Shown here: positions 38,746 through 52,870 of the stretch, one piece after another | Numbering within the stretch: the stretch's first letter is position 1 | Layout of the letters: each line of letters starts with the position of its first letter | DNA from: Malacoraja senta | Lineage: Eukaryota | Direction: 5' to 3' | DNA length: 64,000 nucleotides | Assembly (NCBI GenBank): GCA_038087875.1 | Contig: CM075989.1 | Span: forward strand, 9,796,001 to 9,860,000 | The notes under the pieces: model-generated | What the model was told of the DNA's origin: nothing | The model's input: the letters and a program-made list of their open reading frames with translations, nothing else | Database searches by the model: none | Program-made: the position numbers and the translations under genes

Positions 38746-41700
38746 TGCGCTTTCCCTAACCGCACTATTGAGAGAAAAGCAGGAAACCTCAACCAATACA
38801 CTGGACAACATTGGTTGTCAGCATTACTGTAACATATCAAATTATCATTTGAGATGAAAACAAAGAATATTAAGGATAAGCCATGCATTATGTATTTTAA
38901 AATGGATTTGAAATTGACAACCCTTTTTCATTTTACTTTTCCACTGTATGTTTTTTCTCTCTACTGCCCTCATTCAACTTCCTCAGTTTACAGACCTTCA
39001 GATATATCAACCACAATTAACATTTCATTTTCCTCAACGATACGTTAGTGACACTTGGATAACCTTGGTCTCTACCTTAGCACAGGCATTTCCTTTGTTC
39101 TATTCAATTCTTCCCCTCTCTGCAACTTAAACGTTACTTATTTAATCATAGCTCCAGTTCTGATGAAAGATCATCAACCATAAATGTTTCCTCCTTCCAT
39201 GGATGCTGCCTGGCCTGTTGAGTATCTACAGCACTCTCCGTTTTTTGTTACAGATTTCCAGCATGAGCAATATTTTAGTCATCAAAAGATTATTTAATTG
39301 AATCGCTTAAGGCAAATTGACTGCCAGGTTTGTCTACACACTTTGCAACTGGCTATGAAAAGCTAATTCTATACCGATTCTCCATGTAAGCATTGTGTAG
39401 GAGGCAGATCATTTGGTGTTCTTATTTAAAGCAGATTTTATAACTGAGTTTTGGCAAATGCAGGATGGTCTGCAATTTTCTTTGTCATTTGGGAATTGTT
39501 AACCTCTTTTTATTTCCTTCTTTATTGTTCACTGTGCACAGTCTCAATTTTATTATGTACACAAATCTATAATAAATTTTGCAGAAAATTATCTCAGGCT
39601 AACAATAAATAATATTTGTTCTTGGCTAGTTATTACAACATTCATCCATTGCCTGATTCGGTTCTGAAATGTTAAAAGTATTGCCCATGTCTCAATGAGC
39701 CAGAAAAATAAATAAGCTCAAATGACTCCATTTAATTATTAACCTTATTATTGTGACTGGGACTTGGGGAAGTCTCTCATGCAACAAGATCAGAAAATAT
39801 AAAGCAGAAATATAGTGATTAAGGTCCCTGTTCTATCGATTGTCTAGCTTAAGTAATTTTTCATTACTTACATAAGATTTAATCAGGAATAGTATTTAAA
39901 GATCTCTGCTTGGCACAAGTCATTAGCATGTAATTGAACTCAGAAGAAAGACTGTTAAACCTATGTTGATTACCACCTTATCTTTGAAAGGCAATTTAGA
40001 CTTTCAATCAGAGCGACAGGTTTGATTGTGTAGCCCTTATTGGACATTGATCTCTTGGCAAACCGCAGTTACATTTTCCGTTAATTTACAGTTACATGAT
40101 TTCAACTCCGATACCCAATACAGTTGACCCAGGCAATGTGTAATACTAAGCAGCTGTTTAGTTTAAGGTTCTGAAGCAATCATGACTATTAAACTAGAGA
40201 GCACAGAAGGCCGGCTGTAACCTGATCATCCGGGACAGTTTAGGATTAAGCGCCTTGAGATAATTTTTCCATGTTAAATATGTTGTTTAAATACAAATTC
40301 TAATTAAAGTTTAGACCCCTTCAACACCGTAGATAGGATCACATGGCTTCTGAGTGCATTGTAACATCATTCAAGATGTTCTTGTGATTTTAAAAGACAT
40401 TATTAATAATAAAACTTGGAAACTGGAGCAACTATTTCTGATCTTAAAAAATATACCTTTTCAAAATGGTCGTCTTGAAGCAAATGAAACTCAAGGACTT
40501 AACAGGGTAAATGAAGAGAGGATATTTCTCTTGGTTGAAATGCCTATAATCTTGCTAAATAAGAGGTTGGTGATTCAGGACAGAGATGGGATGACATTTC
40601 TCAGTTCAGCAGGTAGTAAATCTTTAGAACTTGCTGCTCAGTATGACTGTGCAGATTCAGTTGTTGAGTATATTCAAAAATAGATTTTAGATATTAAGAG
40701 ATTCAAGGAATGTGGGAATAATACTAGAATGTGTGCTGAGCTGAAATATCAACCATGATCTTATTGAATGCTAGAGTAGATATGAAGGGCTGATTGGCCT
40801 TGTTTGCTTTTTAAATATATGTGCATCGCAGCAAGGAATTGCGTAGGTTTTGAGTCCTCCCTTTTCACACTGAGATTTGAGCCCATAATTTAGGCTAACA
40901 GTACAATGCAAAGCAAATACAGTGCTGTCAGAGGTGTTGTAGTTTGGATAATACATTGATGTACATGGATGCAGCAATCCATGGGCTTTTGCACATGACT
41001 ATCAAGTTGCTGTCACGTCTGATCCTGTCATCACCCTGTGTTTGCCATATTACTGTGGAACTAGTATAAAGTTATTCAGAGGCCAAGCCTTTTGCTTAGC
41101 AATTACATTTTGGCTGATTTTTGTCTCAACAATTACCAGCTTTAATTCCATGTTTTCATATCCATGTCTAATAAGAATGTTTAATACATTCAGTTTTTAA
41201 ATTTTAGCTCGCCCTAATTCACAGCTTGTTCAAGAAAACATTCAATATTTGCTCTGTTCTTCATTCACCAAATTTGATGGAGTCAAATCAATTCCTCGAC
41301 TAATGGCATAGCTAGAATTAGCTGACCACATAGGAATAGTCAAATCTGAGACCCGTTGGATACATATGAAGGAGCCATACTGGACATGTCTTTAACTACA
41401 TCCATTGAAGGAACAGCAATCAAGCTTATCCTGAAACAACCTAAATCATAAATTGCATGAAAAAGTATTAAGCCATTCTGACACTTCATTCAAAGGATAT
41501 TTAATGCTGACAACCAAAGACTTATTATCAGTGTCTTGGAAATGCAATCCAGCACAAACTTACTTCCATCATCTCGTATAGCTTACTCCAGTTTCAGTAT
41601 TGTGAAATTAGTTGTGACTGAATACTAGAGAGTAAAGAAGCAATGAATATAGGATATCTCACCAATGATACTGTGTTCCCAGTATTCCTTCGTGAATATA

Positions 41701-42104
41701 ATGATCCTATAATTCAGGTTCACTGGGACTTGAACAAAAAAAAGTGTCAAATTGCCGTGCTTTATATCCATCGATTTACTGTGGCTGAATCCCCATCCTT
41801 AAATATTTTACTAATTTTCTTCAAAATAAGACATGCACATTTGAGATTGGCTAACTGACCACAGAAATGTGGTCAAACCTGAAGCCTTTGTGGTCTACGC
41901 CATTATCACCACTGAGGAAGTAAACCAGTGAATTCTTGCATTGTAGTTTCTATAGAAAGAGTATTTAATGGAGATATTTATGAAAATATACCATATAATA
42001 TTTTTAACGGAAAAAATATATATTAAAAGTACAAGAAAAATGATCCAATGCCAAAATGAAATATCATACCTGTAAGCTTACAGATATCAAGGAAAATATT
42101 CTGT

Positions 42105-42354
42105 CACTGTAGGAAGGAACTGCAGATGCTGGTTTAAATCGAAGATAGACACAAAATGCTGGAGAAACTCAGCGGGACAGGCAGCATCTCTGGGGAGAAC
42201 AAATGGGTGGCGTTTCGGGTCGAGACCCTTCTTCTGACTTTAGACAGAGTCTGAAGAAGGGTCTTGACCTGAAACATCACCCATTCCTTCTCTCCAGAGA
42301 TGCTGCCTGTCACACTGAGTTACTCTAGCATTTTGTGTCTATCTTCGATTTAAA
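42105..42354. mobile_element. Inverted pair of Penelope terminal repeats (fold-back 42133-42354)
   Basis: tttaaatcgaagatagacacaaaatgctggag... pairs with ...ctctagcattttgtgtctatcttcgatttaaa. Hammerhead-like motif in each arm. Confidence 0.9.
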
Positions 42355-44429
42355 ATATTCTGTAATTTGACTTGAGAAAACTCCACATTTTTCTGATGTG
42401 TAAGTACTTCATTATTAGTTTGTAAATTAAAAGGGAATATATTTCCTGAACAGAGCACAGGTCCATGCTGTAGGAAGTCTTATGTTTTGCAAGAAAGCTG
42501 ACCCCAAGAATTCGGGATGGGAAATGGGCAGTCAAATATCTTGTTGCAACTTAGGTGACATCTGTCATTCTCCATAGTATTGCTCAAGGTGAGACACTTT
42601 TGAAGCATGGTTTTAAACGGAAAGTAACACTGATTTCTCCCCTCAGAAATAGCTGAAATGGTGAGTGGTGCAAAGCACCTCAGTGGCTAAAGAGACAATG
42701 ATTTGGTTCTACAAATCTGGTTATACAAAAAAATGATGGTGAACACAAGGATTCATAATAATACATTTTCTATTCCAGTTATGATCAAGTTTCATCAAAC
42801 TAGCTATCTCTCAATGCTGATGACAAAAATACATTTGTCAATCTAGAAGCATTTTGTGTTGAAGAGAACCACCAATCTTAACAAGTGAACCTGTTGCTAT
42901 TTTTAGAAACATTTTTTTTTTCATGGAGAGAAAATAGTCCATGGTAGTTCAATTAAAGTGTCAGCCTGATGGGATGCGGTCACAGTTTATATGTAAGAAA
43001 TACTGTGGAGACTTGAGTTGTGCTCTCAATTACATCAGACAGGTGGTGAGCAGGTTAGTTTTCAGACACTTACGTTATGTTGTTGGAACAGACACGAGGC
43101 TCCCATGATGACAAGCTTTACGTCTTTCCAACGGGTGACTGTTGGAAACTACAATTATGTTTTGTTAAACTGCTTATCAGGATGGTTTACACATCACTCA
43201 ATGACATTGAGTTGGGGTAAAAATGGTGCTGATTCCTCCATCACAAACGTACTGTTCCACAGAAGTAAATAAAATGGGATTGAACCAGACACAGATCCCA
43301 TTTTCAGCCTATTGCTCCATTTGCAATCTGCTGAGTGGGTGGCGTTGGGAGAAGTCCTTAAAATGTATTCCCCAGCCTTTCTGATAGTCCAAATCCCATT
43401 AAAGTTACAAAGAATATCACAAAATTGCACTCCCCTTCTAATTCAAAAAATTATTTGACTCTTCATATTCTTGAATTTTAAAAAATCATTCTTGCTCTTG
43501 TGGAACTTTGACACAATCTCAGAACATTCTGACTAGTTAAAATGCCACATGGAACCTGAAGCATTTCTGTTGCATGTATAGGTCCCAGACTTTCCAGTTA
43601 AGAGTTATAGCATGTCAATATAGTCATGATTCATCCTGTGAAGCTGCTTGGGGAGCCCCCTATAAATAGTAGCAGATACTGTCAATCCTCCTCCAACATC
43701 AGTAAAAGATGGACATAAAATCTTATCATTTAATAAAATCAAAGAAAATTTACAATACAGAAGGACACTCAAGATGCAACTTTTCTTCATGTACTCTTCC
43801 CAATTTATCCTGTCTTCCTGTTTATTTAAGCCCTCTTAGTTTAATGCATAATTTATTCAAAACTTATATCCACATAACCTCTTGTTTTGGGGAGAAAAAA
43901 AAATTTGCTCCAATTTACTTGGCTGTAATTTTGCAGTCTTCGTAACATCCTTCAGTCTTTTCAGCACCCTCTCCATTGTAATTGCAATCTTTTTTATAAT
44001 GGCTACTAAACTGTGTGTAATATTCAAGTGGTGGTCAATTAGTATCGTATGCAGTTCTATCGTAACTTTCCAGCCTTTATATTCTGGGGACACAGGAAAT
44101 TGCTGATGTTGGAACCTTAAGCAAAAAAACAAAGTACTGGAGGAACTCAGCAGATCAGGTAGCATCTGTGAAGGGAATAAACAGGTGATGTTTTAGCTGG
44201 GGAGTCTGCGTTTACATTCTATTTTATATTCTATCGCCTCAACACAAAGTACAACATTCTCTATGCCTTTTAAGCGCCATTTGACATCTGTTATCTTTGA
44301 GGACCTTTGGCCATACACTCCCAAGATACCTTTGTTCATCTACATAACTGTATTCTTCCATTTATTCGCCTACATTACAAAACAAATCCTGAAATAACTA
44401 CAATTTTCAACTTTTAAGGCTTTCGGTTT

Positions 44430-44785
44430 AAAGGCTTGGATTGAGTGGATGCGGAGAGGATATTTCCACTAGTAGGATAGTCTAGGAGCAGAGGCCATAG
44501 CCTCAGAATTAAAGGATGGTCTGTTAGGAAGGAGATGAGGAGGAATGTCTTTAGTCGGAGGGTGGTGAATCGGTGGAATTCTTTGCCACAGAAGGCTGTG
44601 GGGGCCGTCAATGGATATTTTTAAGGCAGAAATAGATAGATACTTGATTAGTACGGGTGTCAGGGGTTATGGGGAGAAGGCAGGAGAATGGGATTAGGAG
44701 GAAGAGATAGACCAGCCATTGTTGAATGGCGGAGTAGACATGATGGGCCGAATGGCCTAATTCTGCTCCTATTTCTTATGACCTT
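44430..44785 (+). mobile_element. CR1/HER1 LINE 3' end
   Basis: GLD.VDAERIFPLVG.SRSRGHSLRIKG plus UTR ending cctatttcttatgacctta. Confidence 0.88.
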
Positions 44786-46139
44786 AAGAACATTTCCTGA
44801 AAGATTTTTTTAATTCACATTTTTATCTCCTTTATTGCAACACTAACAAATGCTGGAACTGATGCTTTTGCTTTTCAGTACTGTCTTTACTATTATGGAA
44901 GTCATAGAATCAGTTATACAGTGTGAAAATGGGCCTTTGGTCAATCAAGTCCATACTGGCAAAATCTTATTAAAATGTTACACTCTTTAAGCTGTTTCTT
45001 TGCTAGAAAGCCCTTTCGGCATCACAGTCTACATTAGGAAGTTTGGTTCGTGATTAACCATATTTGCAAAAAACGGAGAATGTATTCCTACTGCTGAATA
45101 TAGTGGCGGTTTCAGATTTAATTCACTCAAATCTCAACCTTGAATGCATCAGTGAGCACAAAGTACAATTAATATTTCCGCTTGATGTAACTTTATCAGA
45201 ACTGAATAAGAGAGAAAGGTAGTTTTGAATTGCACAGAGGGTGTGGGAGGCAGGCAAAGGGAGTATCCCCAAGAGGGTGTGGCCATTGTTGCGATGTGCA
45301 TAAGGTAGAGATCTCCTTATTGACAGAATACTGTGGACCGTTGGAGAACACTGACAATATGACATGGAACCTATGAAAAGTCATTTGGAGAGAGAGGCAG
45401 AACACAAATAAAGGAGTTGTAAAATAAGATCTACCCAGCAGATCAGGCAGTGCTAATGGTGAAGGAAAAACTCCGTTAATCTTGCAGGTTAAAGAAGAAT
45501 GGTCATTTATAATAGAGAGAGCAAGTTATCTTAAGTTTATGATTCCACGCTGAGTCTAGAAGATTGCACCGTGCCTGAGATAATGTGCTGTTCCTTATTG
45601 GGCCTCATTGTGTCAGTGCAAGAGATCACAGATAGATCTGAGTGGGAATAGAATGCAGAAGTAGACTGGCAGGCAACAAGAAGCATGTTCAACTCCCCTG
45701 AATTTTAACACAATATGATGGTGCCTCCATCAACGTTTAGTCTCCATGCTCTCCAATTAGGTCCTCCCTTGATATTACTCTGAGTTCTAATCTTCATAAA
45801 TCTGTTCCACATAGCAATATTTATAATGGATTGACTGAACATTATTAGAAAAAGTTGTGATTATGGGAATATATGATTCATTGTATGTATTCATTATAAT
45901 TCATCAGGTAGCTCTTTCATAAGCTTTCATTTTATGCATGTTTTATCAAAAGTTAAATTAAAGGACAGCCTGGATCTCATAATTTTCACATTATAGAAAG
46001 CACTGTTAGGTGGGAACACTTTGCTTTCCCAATGGTGATTCTAATATATATTTTTTAATTAACTCTACATTTACTTCTGTATTAGTAGAGGAGTGATATT
46101 TGTTCAGGCATAAACTCCCAGAAATAACTGACACAACTT

Positions 46140-46350
46140 TCTAGAAGCAAGACCTATACAGATGGATTTGAATGGGGATGCGGCTGGTTTGCAGGATTGA
46201 CTGGGCTGTGGTCGCCTCTTCCTGAAATTTCTTGTGGTCTTGGGCAGAGCAGTTATCATACCAAGCTGTGGTGCATTCTGATAGGATGTTTTCTATGGTG
46301 TATCTGTAGAAATTGGTAAAAGTAATGGAAAACATGCCAAATTTCCATAG
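46140..46350 (-). mobile_element. Rex1-like LINE fragment
   Basis: TNFYRYTIENILSECTTAWYDNCSAQDHKKFQ. Confidence 0.7.
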
Positions 46351-48063
46351 TCTTGTGGAGCTGTGTGTGGGAAATTATAGACTTGTCCGACATGGGACCC
46401 TGGTTATGCTCTCATTCAAACAACTACATGCTTACAACATAGTACTGGTTTGGGGCTAATCTTTGTGTTTTTCTCTTTGTTATGCTCACTGCCCCCAGAA
46501 TCTTTCTTGCCCTCAAATCACCAGGAGCCACGCTAAGGAATTACCAAGCCACATAAAATGAACATAGGAAAATATTGTGTAGAAATCTGATCACCCTGCT
46601 TCACTTCCAGGATGTTATGATTGTAAATTTACTTTACCTGATTGAAACTTGTTAACAATCATCTCCAGGTCATATTGCTACCTCCTAAATATTCTAATGG
46701 GCATAATTCTCTTGAGTCCCACACCAAAACTACAATACCCAGCCCTGATTCCAGCCTCAGCCTCAGCCCAGGCCCCAACCTTGCCCGACATCTGCCAGCC
46801 CTCTTTACCACAATTCATCCTTCCCATTCAAAACACTTGCATCTGGGCACATTTTCAAAAACAAAAATGTGTGATAATCTCGGGTTTGCAGCTGTAGACC
46901 ATGACCAAAACAGTCATTAGGCTACAGCCTTCCATGCAATTGGGTGCAGTAGAATCCCTTGGCCCGAGCCTTCGAATAGATACCAGAAATTTAATCTGCC
47001 CCTTGACATTATACGTATACCTACTCTGTCATGGGTTTATTTAATCTCCCAAGTGTTCTAGATCAACATAGATAAACCTAAAGAGGATTATGACCCCGCA
47101 CCCCACTCCACCCAAAGACATTTGAGCATAAATGTCAGGATACCTGTTGCATTAGGGCTAAGAAATTGAATAATAATATTCAAAACAAGGCCAGAGCCAC
47201 AGGGATCTTTGCTAATGACTGGTGAGTTATTATCATGAAAAGTGATTATAGAAGCATTTATCTATAAAATAATTAAAAGTATTGTATCGTGCACTTGTGT
47301 ATATTATGAGGAAATGTACATTCCTTTCATTTAGTCACCCTTCCTCAATGAAATACTGCAAAATATCTAACATATTTCAAAAGCCCTGATTGGCTGTTGT
47401 TTATGACCATAATCAATCATTTTAAGTTCAATGACACTGTCTCAAATATAAATGAACAAGAAGAAAGCTCCAATGAACAATCCGCAAAGCTATTACAGTT
47501 GGAAAGGTACTAATCGAACACAGACCAGCAGCGTACACGACAGGAGCCAAGCACTATGAGTGAGCTTTCGCACCTCTTTTTAAATTAGAAAAGCTTATAA
47601 CATTTATAAGATGATTGAGGACATACCCGTTATGCCTTTAGAAGCTCGTTAGCAATTTGCAAAGGTCTATCAGCTCTTCTGAAGTCCAAAGCTGAATTAT
47701 ATATATTTTTTAGGATCAGATACTGTCTTTTTTTAAAACAATAGTAGAATTGAAGAACTGACATTTTATTTTGGTGATATTGATGAGGTGTCAGAGCAAA
47801 AGCAGGAAAGAATTCCTGCTTCACAATGCAACATTAGATCTTTCATGTTCTCCTGAGACTTATTTAACGTTGAACAAGATAGCATCTCCAACAATGCAGC
47901 ATTCTCTATAGTACCACAAATGGTATTGGTTTATCATTATCACGTGCACCCCAATACAGTGGCCTAGATTTTATGCTGTTGAAAGTTAAACCCATAGACC
48001 TCTGACATAGTCCTGGATGTTACTACCTGAGCCACAGGTGGTACTGCTCAATAATGGGTCGTG

Positions 48064-48992
48064 AGCAAATTTGCAGATGACACAAAGCTGGGTGGCAGTG
48101 TGAACTGTGAGGAGGATGCTATGAGAATGTAGGGTGACTTGGACAGGTTGGGGGAGTGGGCAGATGCATGGCAGATGAAGTTTAATGCGGATAAATGTGA
48201 GGTTATCCCCTTTGGTAGCAAAAACAGGAAGGCAGATTACTATCTAAATGGCGTCAAGTTGGGAAAAGGGGAAGTACAACGAGATCTGGGGGTCCTTGTA
48301 CATCAGTCTATGAAAGTAAGCATGCAGGTACAGCAGGCAGTGAAGAAAGCGAATGGCATGTTGGCCTTTATAACAAGAGGAATCGTATATAGGAGCAAAG
48401 AGGTCCATCTGCGGTTGTACAGAACCCTGGTGAGACCACACCTGGAGTATTGTGTGCAGTTTTGGTCCCCTAATTTGAGGAAGGACATTCTTGCTATTGA
48501 GGGAGTGCAGCGTAGGTTTACAAGGTTAATTCCTGGGATGGCGGGACTGTCATATGCTGAGAGAATGGAGCAGCTGGGCTTGTACACTCTGGAGTTTAGA
48601 AGGATGAGAGGGGCTCTCATTGAAACATATAAGATTGTTAAGGGTTTGGACATGCTAGAGGCAGGAAACATGTTCCCGATGTTGGGGGAGTCCAGAACCA
48701 GGGGCCACAATTTGAGAATAAGGAGTAAGCCATTTAGAACGGATAGGAGGAAACACTTTTTCTCACAGAGAGTGGTGAGTGTGGAATTCTCTGCCTCAGA
48801 GGGTGGCGGAGGCGGGTTCTCTTGATGCTTTCAAGAGAGAGCTAGATAGGGCTCCTAAAAATAGCGGAGTCAGGGGATATGGGGAGAAGGCAGGAACGGG
48901 GTACTGATTGGGGATGATCAGCCATGATCACATTGAATGGCGGTGCTGGCTCGAAGGGCCGAATGGCCTACTCCTGCACCTATTGTCTATTG
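48064..48992 (+). mobile_element. Young CR1/HER1 LINE, 5'-truncated
   Basis: SKFADDTKLGG start; WQMKFNADKC...RPHLEYCVQFWSP...RTRGH; tail tattgtctattg. Confidence 0.95.
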
Positions 48993-50399
48993 TAACAGAT
49001 CACGTTTCACAAGCCAACCAACATTTTCCAATGGAAAATGACTACCTGGGCAAGGTAGAGATTGAAGAGGATTTACATCAAGCACGTGCAATAGATGTAT
49101 GAATCATAGCAAACAAAAATCAGAACCCTCATCAGACAAAATGATAAATCTGAGTAGAATTACAGCACAAATAAGCAAAGATAAGGTGCTTCATTATGTC
49201 AAACTTATAATCAGAATGCACTCGCAGATTTAGGAAATCAACCATATCACAGAGCACAGTATAGATCTGTATTTCTTAGCTGTCAGGTTCTGGTTAGTGA
49301 TGCTGTTCTGTCTTCTTCCAATTTTGCGTTGGAAGCAAACAGTCTTGCCGGCAATTAACTTCCAGGGCCACCTGAGACTGCACTGCTCACATTAAAGCAA
49401 TCCTCTTTATCATTGCCACTATTTCTTTTAAACATCCAACAATAGATGGGAAGTGAACCTTAATGAAGGGGGCTCTCAATACTAATCCCCTGAATGATAT
49501 GATTATATTCCAACCCCTGACCTCTGCCAGCCTCTAGTCCATCCTTCACAGTGATCAACGCTAGGGGTGTGCAAGGTCTATTGACTTTCATGTAATACAA
49601 GAAATTATTTTGGTTGCTTAATTGTTACACAGTGGAAGTGTTAGGCAAGAAATCAAGCTTGGTTTTTAGTGCTGCAAGCAGCAGAGAATTGTTTAAATCA
49701 ATACAGTAGTTTGTCAGACCCATTCTCAAAGGAGACTGCCCATCACTGCGTGGAGGCCCCATTGTCTGTCTTTATTGAATAACAGATAAGCAAAGTCAGC
49801 AGTGCACATTATCAGAAATCAAACGAGTGCGCTGACAAGAGGTTCAGCCTTTCAGTGAAAGGCTATATTCACTGTCTGGTAATTAAAAAACATTTTATCA
49901 GTTTGTACTCAAGATGGGAACTCCCTGAAAGAGTCTCTGACAAGGCTAAATACCAATGAATGAACATTATGGTACTTGGAAATGAGCATTTACACTTCTA
50001 AAAGTAGTGAATTCAATTGTATACTGTAAGTTAAAATTTGCCATTTAAAAAAAAAAAACATTGAATGTTGTTCACCTATGATTTCGGGTTCGTAAAAGTG
50101 ATTTCAATAAAACTCTCAACATCTCAAATCACATCATTTTCAAAGAATTATTTTAAGTACTGACGATTATACCATTGTCGTATGTATTACCTAATGCCAA
50201 GAGCAGGTATAAGCTGAGATCTGTTATCCATTGCTAGCTTGGTCAGCTGACAGAGGAATTTTCAGGACAGTACGACTCTTTATTTTTTTTTAAATAATGT
50301 CATCCTCAATAAGAACCACTGATGTGTAATCAGTAATAGCCAGATTTTGACGTTTTAAATTCATGATAGCTTGTAAATATGTAGCCCTATTGACATATC

Positions 50400-52870
50400 A
50401 AAATATCTTATGATATTTCACAGCATTATCAAATGAAATATGGCAATGAGTCACAGAGTGATTAGGTACATAGGAAGTTTGGTCAAAGTGGTAGGTTTTA
50501 AAGAAGCATCTGAGAGATGGAAAAGAGATTGGGAAGAACTGTGGGCTTTGGTTGTTGAAGGCATGGCTGGCACTGGTAAGACAATTTAAAATAGTGATAA
50601 TTGAAACGCATTGCTCAACTGGGAGCCAATGAAGGTTATCAAGCACAGGATCATGGAAAAGTGGAGCTGTAACTTATGTCACAGAGAGCAGTTTTGGATG
50701 AGTCTGTTTTTGAACTATATGAAGGAAATGAAGAAGGATCTCATCCCGAACCATCACCTATTCCTTTTCTCCAGAGATGTTGTCTGACCCGCTGAGGTAC
50801 TCCAGCTTTTTGTGTTTCTCTTCAGCCGAGAATGTGTTGCAGTAGTTCAAACTGTAGGTAACGGAGGCTTGGATGAGGGGATCAACTGACCAGGAGGTGG
50901 AATCAAATGATGTTGCAGAGAAGGTAATAAGCCGTGTTGTTGACAACACCACTATGATGACACCGTCCTGGGAGTTTGTATAATAGTTGTGAACAATCTA
51001 GTTCAGGTCCAGCTGGATGCTCAACAGAGGCATTGGAGGATGATGGTGTGGTCCAGTGTTGGCTACTATAGATGTGCTCAAACTGATGAGGTAGATTATG
51101 TGTTTTTATAACTTGAGATGTCATTTGTTTTACTATGGGGGATATTCCAGTTGTGTGGCGAGGGCTGGATTAAGGGATTCAGATGAGCTATTTTAGGAGA
51201 GATGTGTACAGGTTTAGGAGGCTCAATAATGGCCAAAGACTCAAGAGTGTATTATTATCATATGTTCCAGATAGAACAATTAAATTCTTACTTGGAGTAG
51301 CACAACCGAATATGTAAACATAGTGTGTATATATACACACACACACAAACAATGATAGTGCAATAATAACAATAATAGTCTATGTAGTTCAGAGCTTAAT
51401 ACAGGTTATAACGTTTAATAGCCTGATGGCTGTAGGGAAGAAGCTGTTCCTGAACCTGGACATTAGTTTTCAGCATCTTTAGGTTTTCAGGCTCCTGTAC
51501 CTTCTTCCTGATAGCAGGGGTGAAAGGTGCCTTGTGGCCAGGGTGGTGCGGGTCTCTGATGATGCTGGCTGCCTTTTTGAGATAGCAATTTCTTTGGACC
51601 TGGGCATTAAAGTTGCCGAACCAAGCCATGATGCAACCAGTCAATACGCTAGAAAGGAAAAGTTGAAGTAGTTTGCAAGGACTTCGAGGTCAAGTTTATT
51701 TTAAGGAAAACTAGGAATGTCAAACTTGAGGGAGATGGTATCAGCTGCTGGGGAGGAGCCGGTCGCGTTATCTACCGACTATAAAGAGAAATTAAGCGGC
51801 CAGTAATTTAGTTTGTGTAAGGACAAAACACTCAGTAATTTCATGGACAAAAAGATGAAAATATAAGGAAATCCATGAGAGAAAATTAATACTGATCATG
51901 GATGGATCCCATATATTGAGAGGAGGTAATCAGCTGCAGATTTCATGGGTATCTGTCCTCATGGCAATGAATTCCATGACCTCATTACACTAGTTAGAAA
52001 TGTGAATGGAGGAAATAGGAAAATGGTGTTTAAATAAATGACCTGCAGTGTAGGAAATAATCCGAGGTAATTTTGGACTCATGGCAAAATGAATGTCTTT
52101 ACAGATGTGGACAAGGCCCAACAATGATCGAGTCGTGAAGCCTATACTGGTGGCTCATCATTTCCATTCTAGTCCCTTTTCTTGAGCTTCAGGATGTGAA
52201 GATGGACACTAGAGAGTGTCCAGTTTGAGACTGATATATGGTTTAATGGGGACTAGAACCATGAAGTAATGATGGGAATGGCAGAACAGATAGATGGCTG
52301 CCAAAATGTCCTTGCCCGAAGAGGGTCAAAGGCTAGATGCCTGCGAAATTTAAAAAGCAAATATAAGTGATTTGGAAGAAAGTTTTCCAAAGTAGACACA
52401 AGTAATGGATTTTTTTTCATGGGGTAAGGCTGATATGAGTGGATAGCATACACTGCTATTCAGATGACCCTGCCTGTGACCAGCCTACTCGGAAGGACAT
52501 ACAAGGTGGCAAGGTTGTGAGACTGACATTGAATAGAACAGTTGTGTTTTTGCAGAGAAAGATTTCAAGAGTGGAGAGTAGTAAATTCACAGAACAGTGA
52601 TCACGATAAATTGACATGGAAGTGAAATCATTGAAAATGAGATGTTGTTTGTTGCAGTAGCTGATGGAAGAAAATAGTGAAAATATCAATACTTTGTTTG
52701 GGTGGGAATTAGAGAATGGGGATTTTATACAAGTGACAAAAGTATTGAAAATGATGTGGAAATTCATTCCAAAACCGTAAGCCTGTGAATGATCTTGAGG
52801 GAGACGCAGAGACAAGCCAGTCCACTGCTGAAGTGCACAGTCCACTGTGGGATGGGTAGGTTGGACAGGA
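50400..52870 (-). mobile_element. Ancient L2-type LINE, interrupted by a Penelope end (~50730-50820) and a Rex1-like 3' fragment (~51240-51645)
   Basis: LIQASVTYSLNYCN and LDNLHWLPVEQ L2 C-terminal motifs, purine-rich plus strand. Insert encodes LTGCIMAWFGN...KAASIIRDPHHPGH. Confidence 0.55.

Noticed and set aside
48139-48825. 228-aa ORF as a host gene
   Set aside because: CR1 ORF2 C-terminal fragment, 5'-truncated, with a sister copy at 54938-55850.
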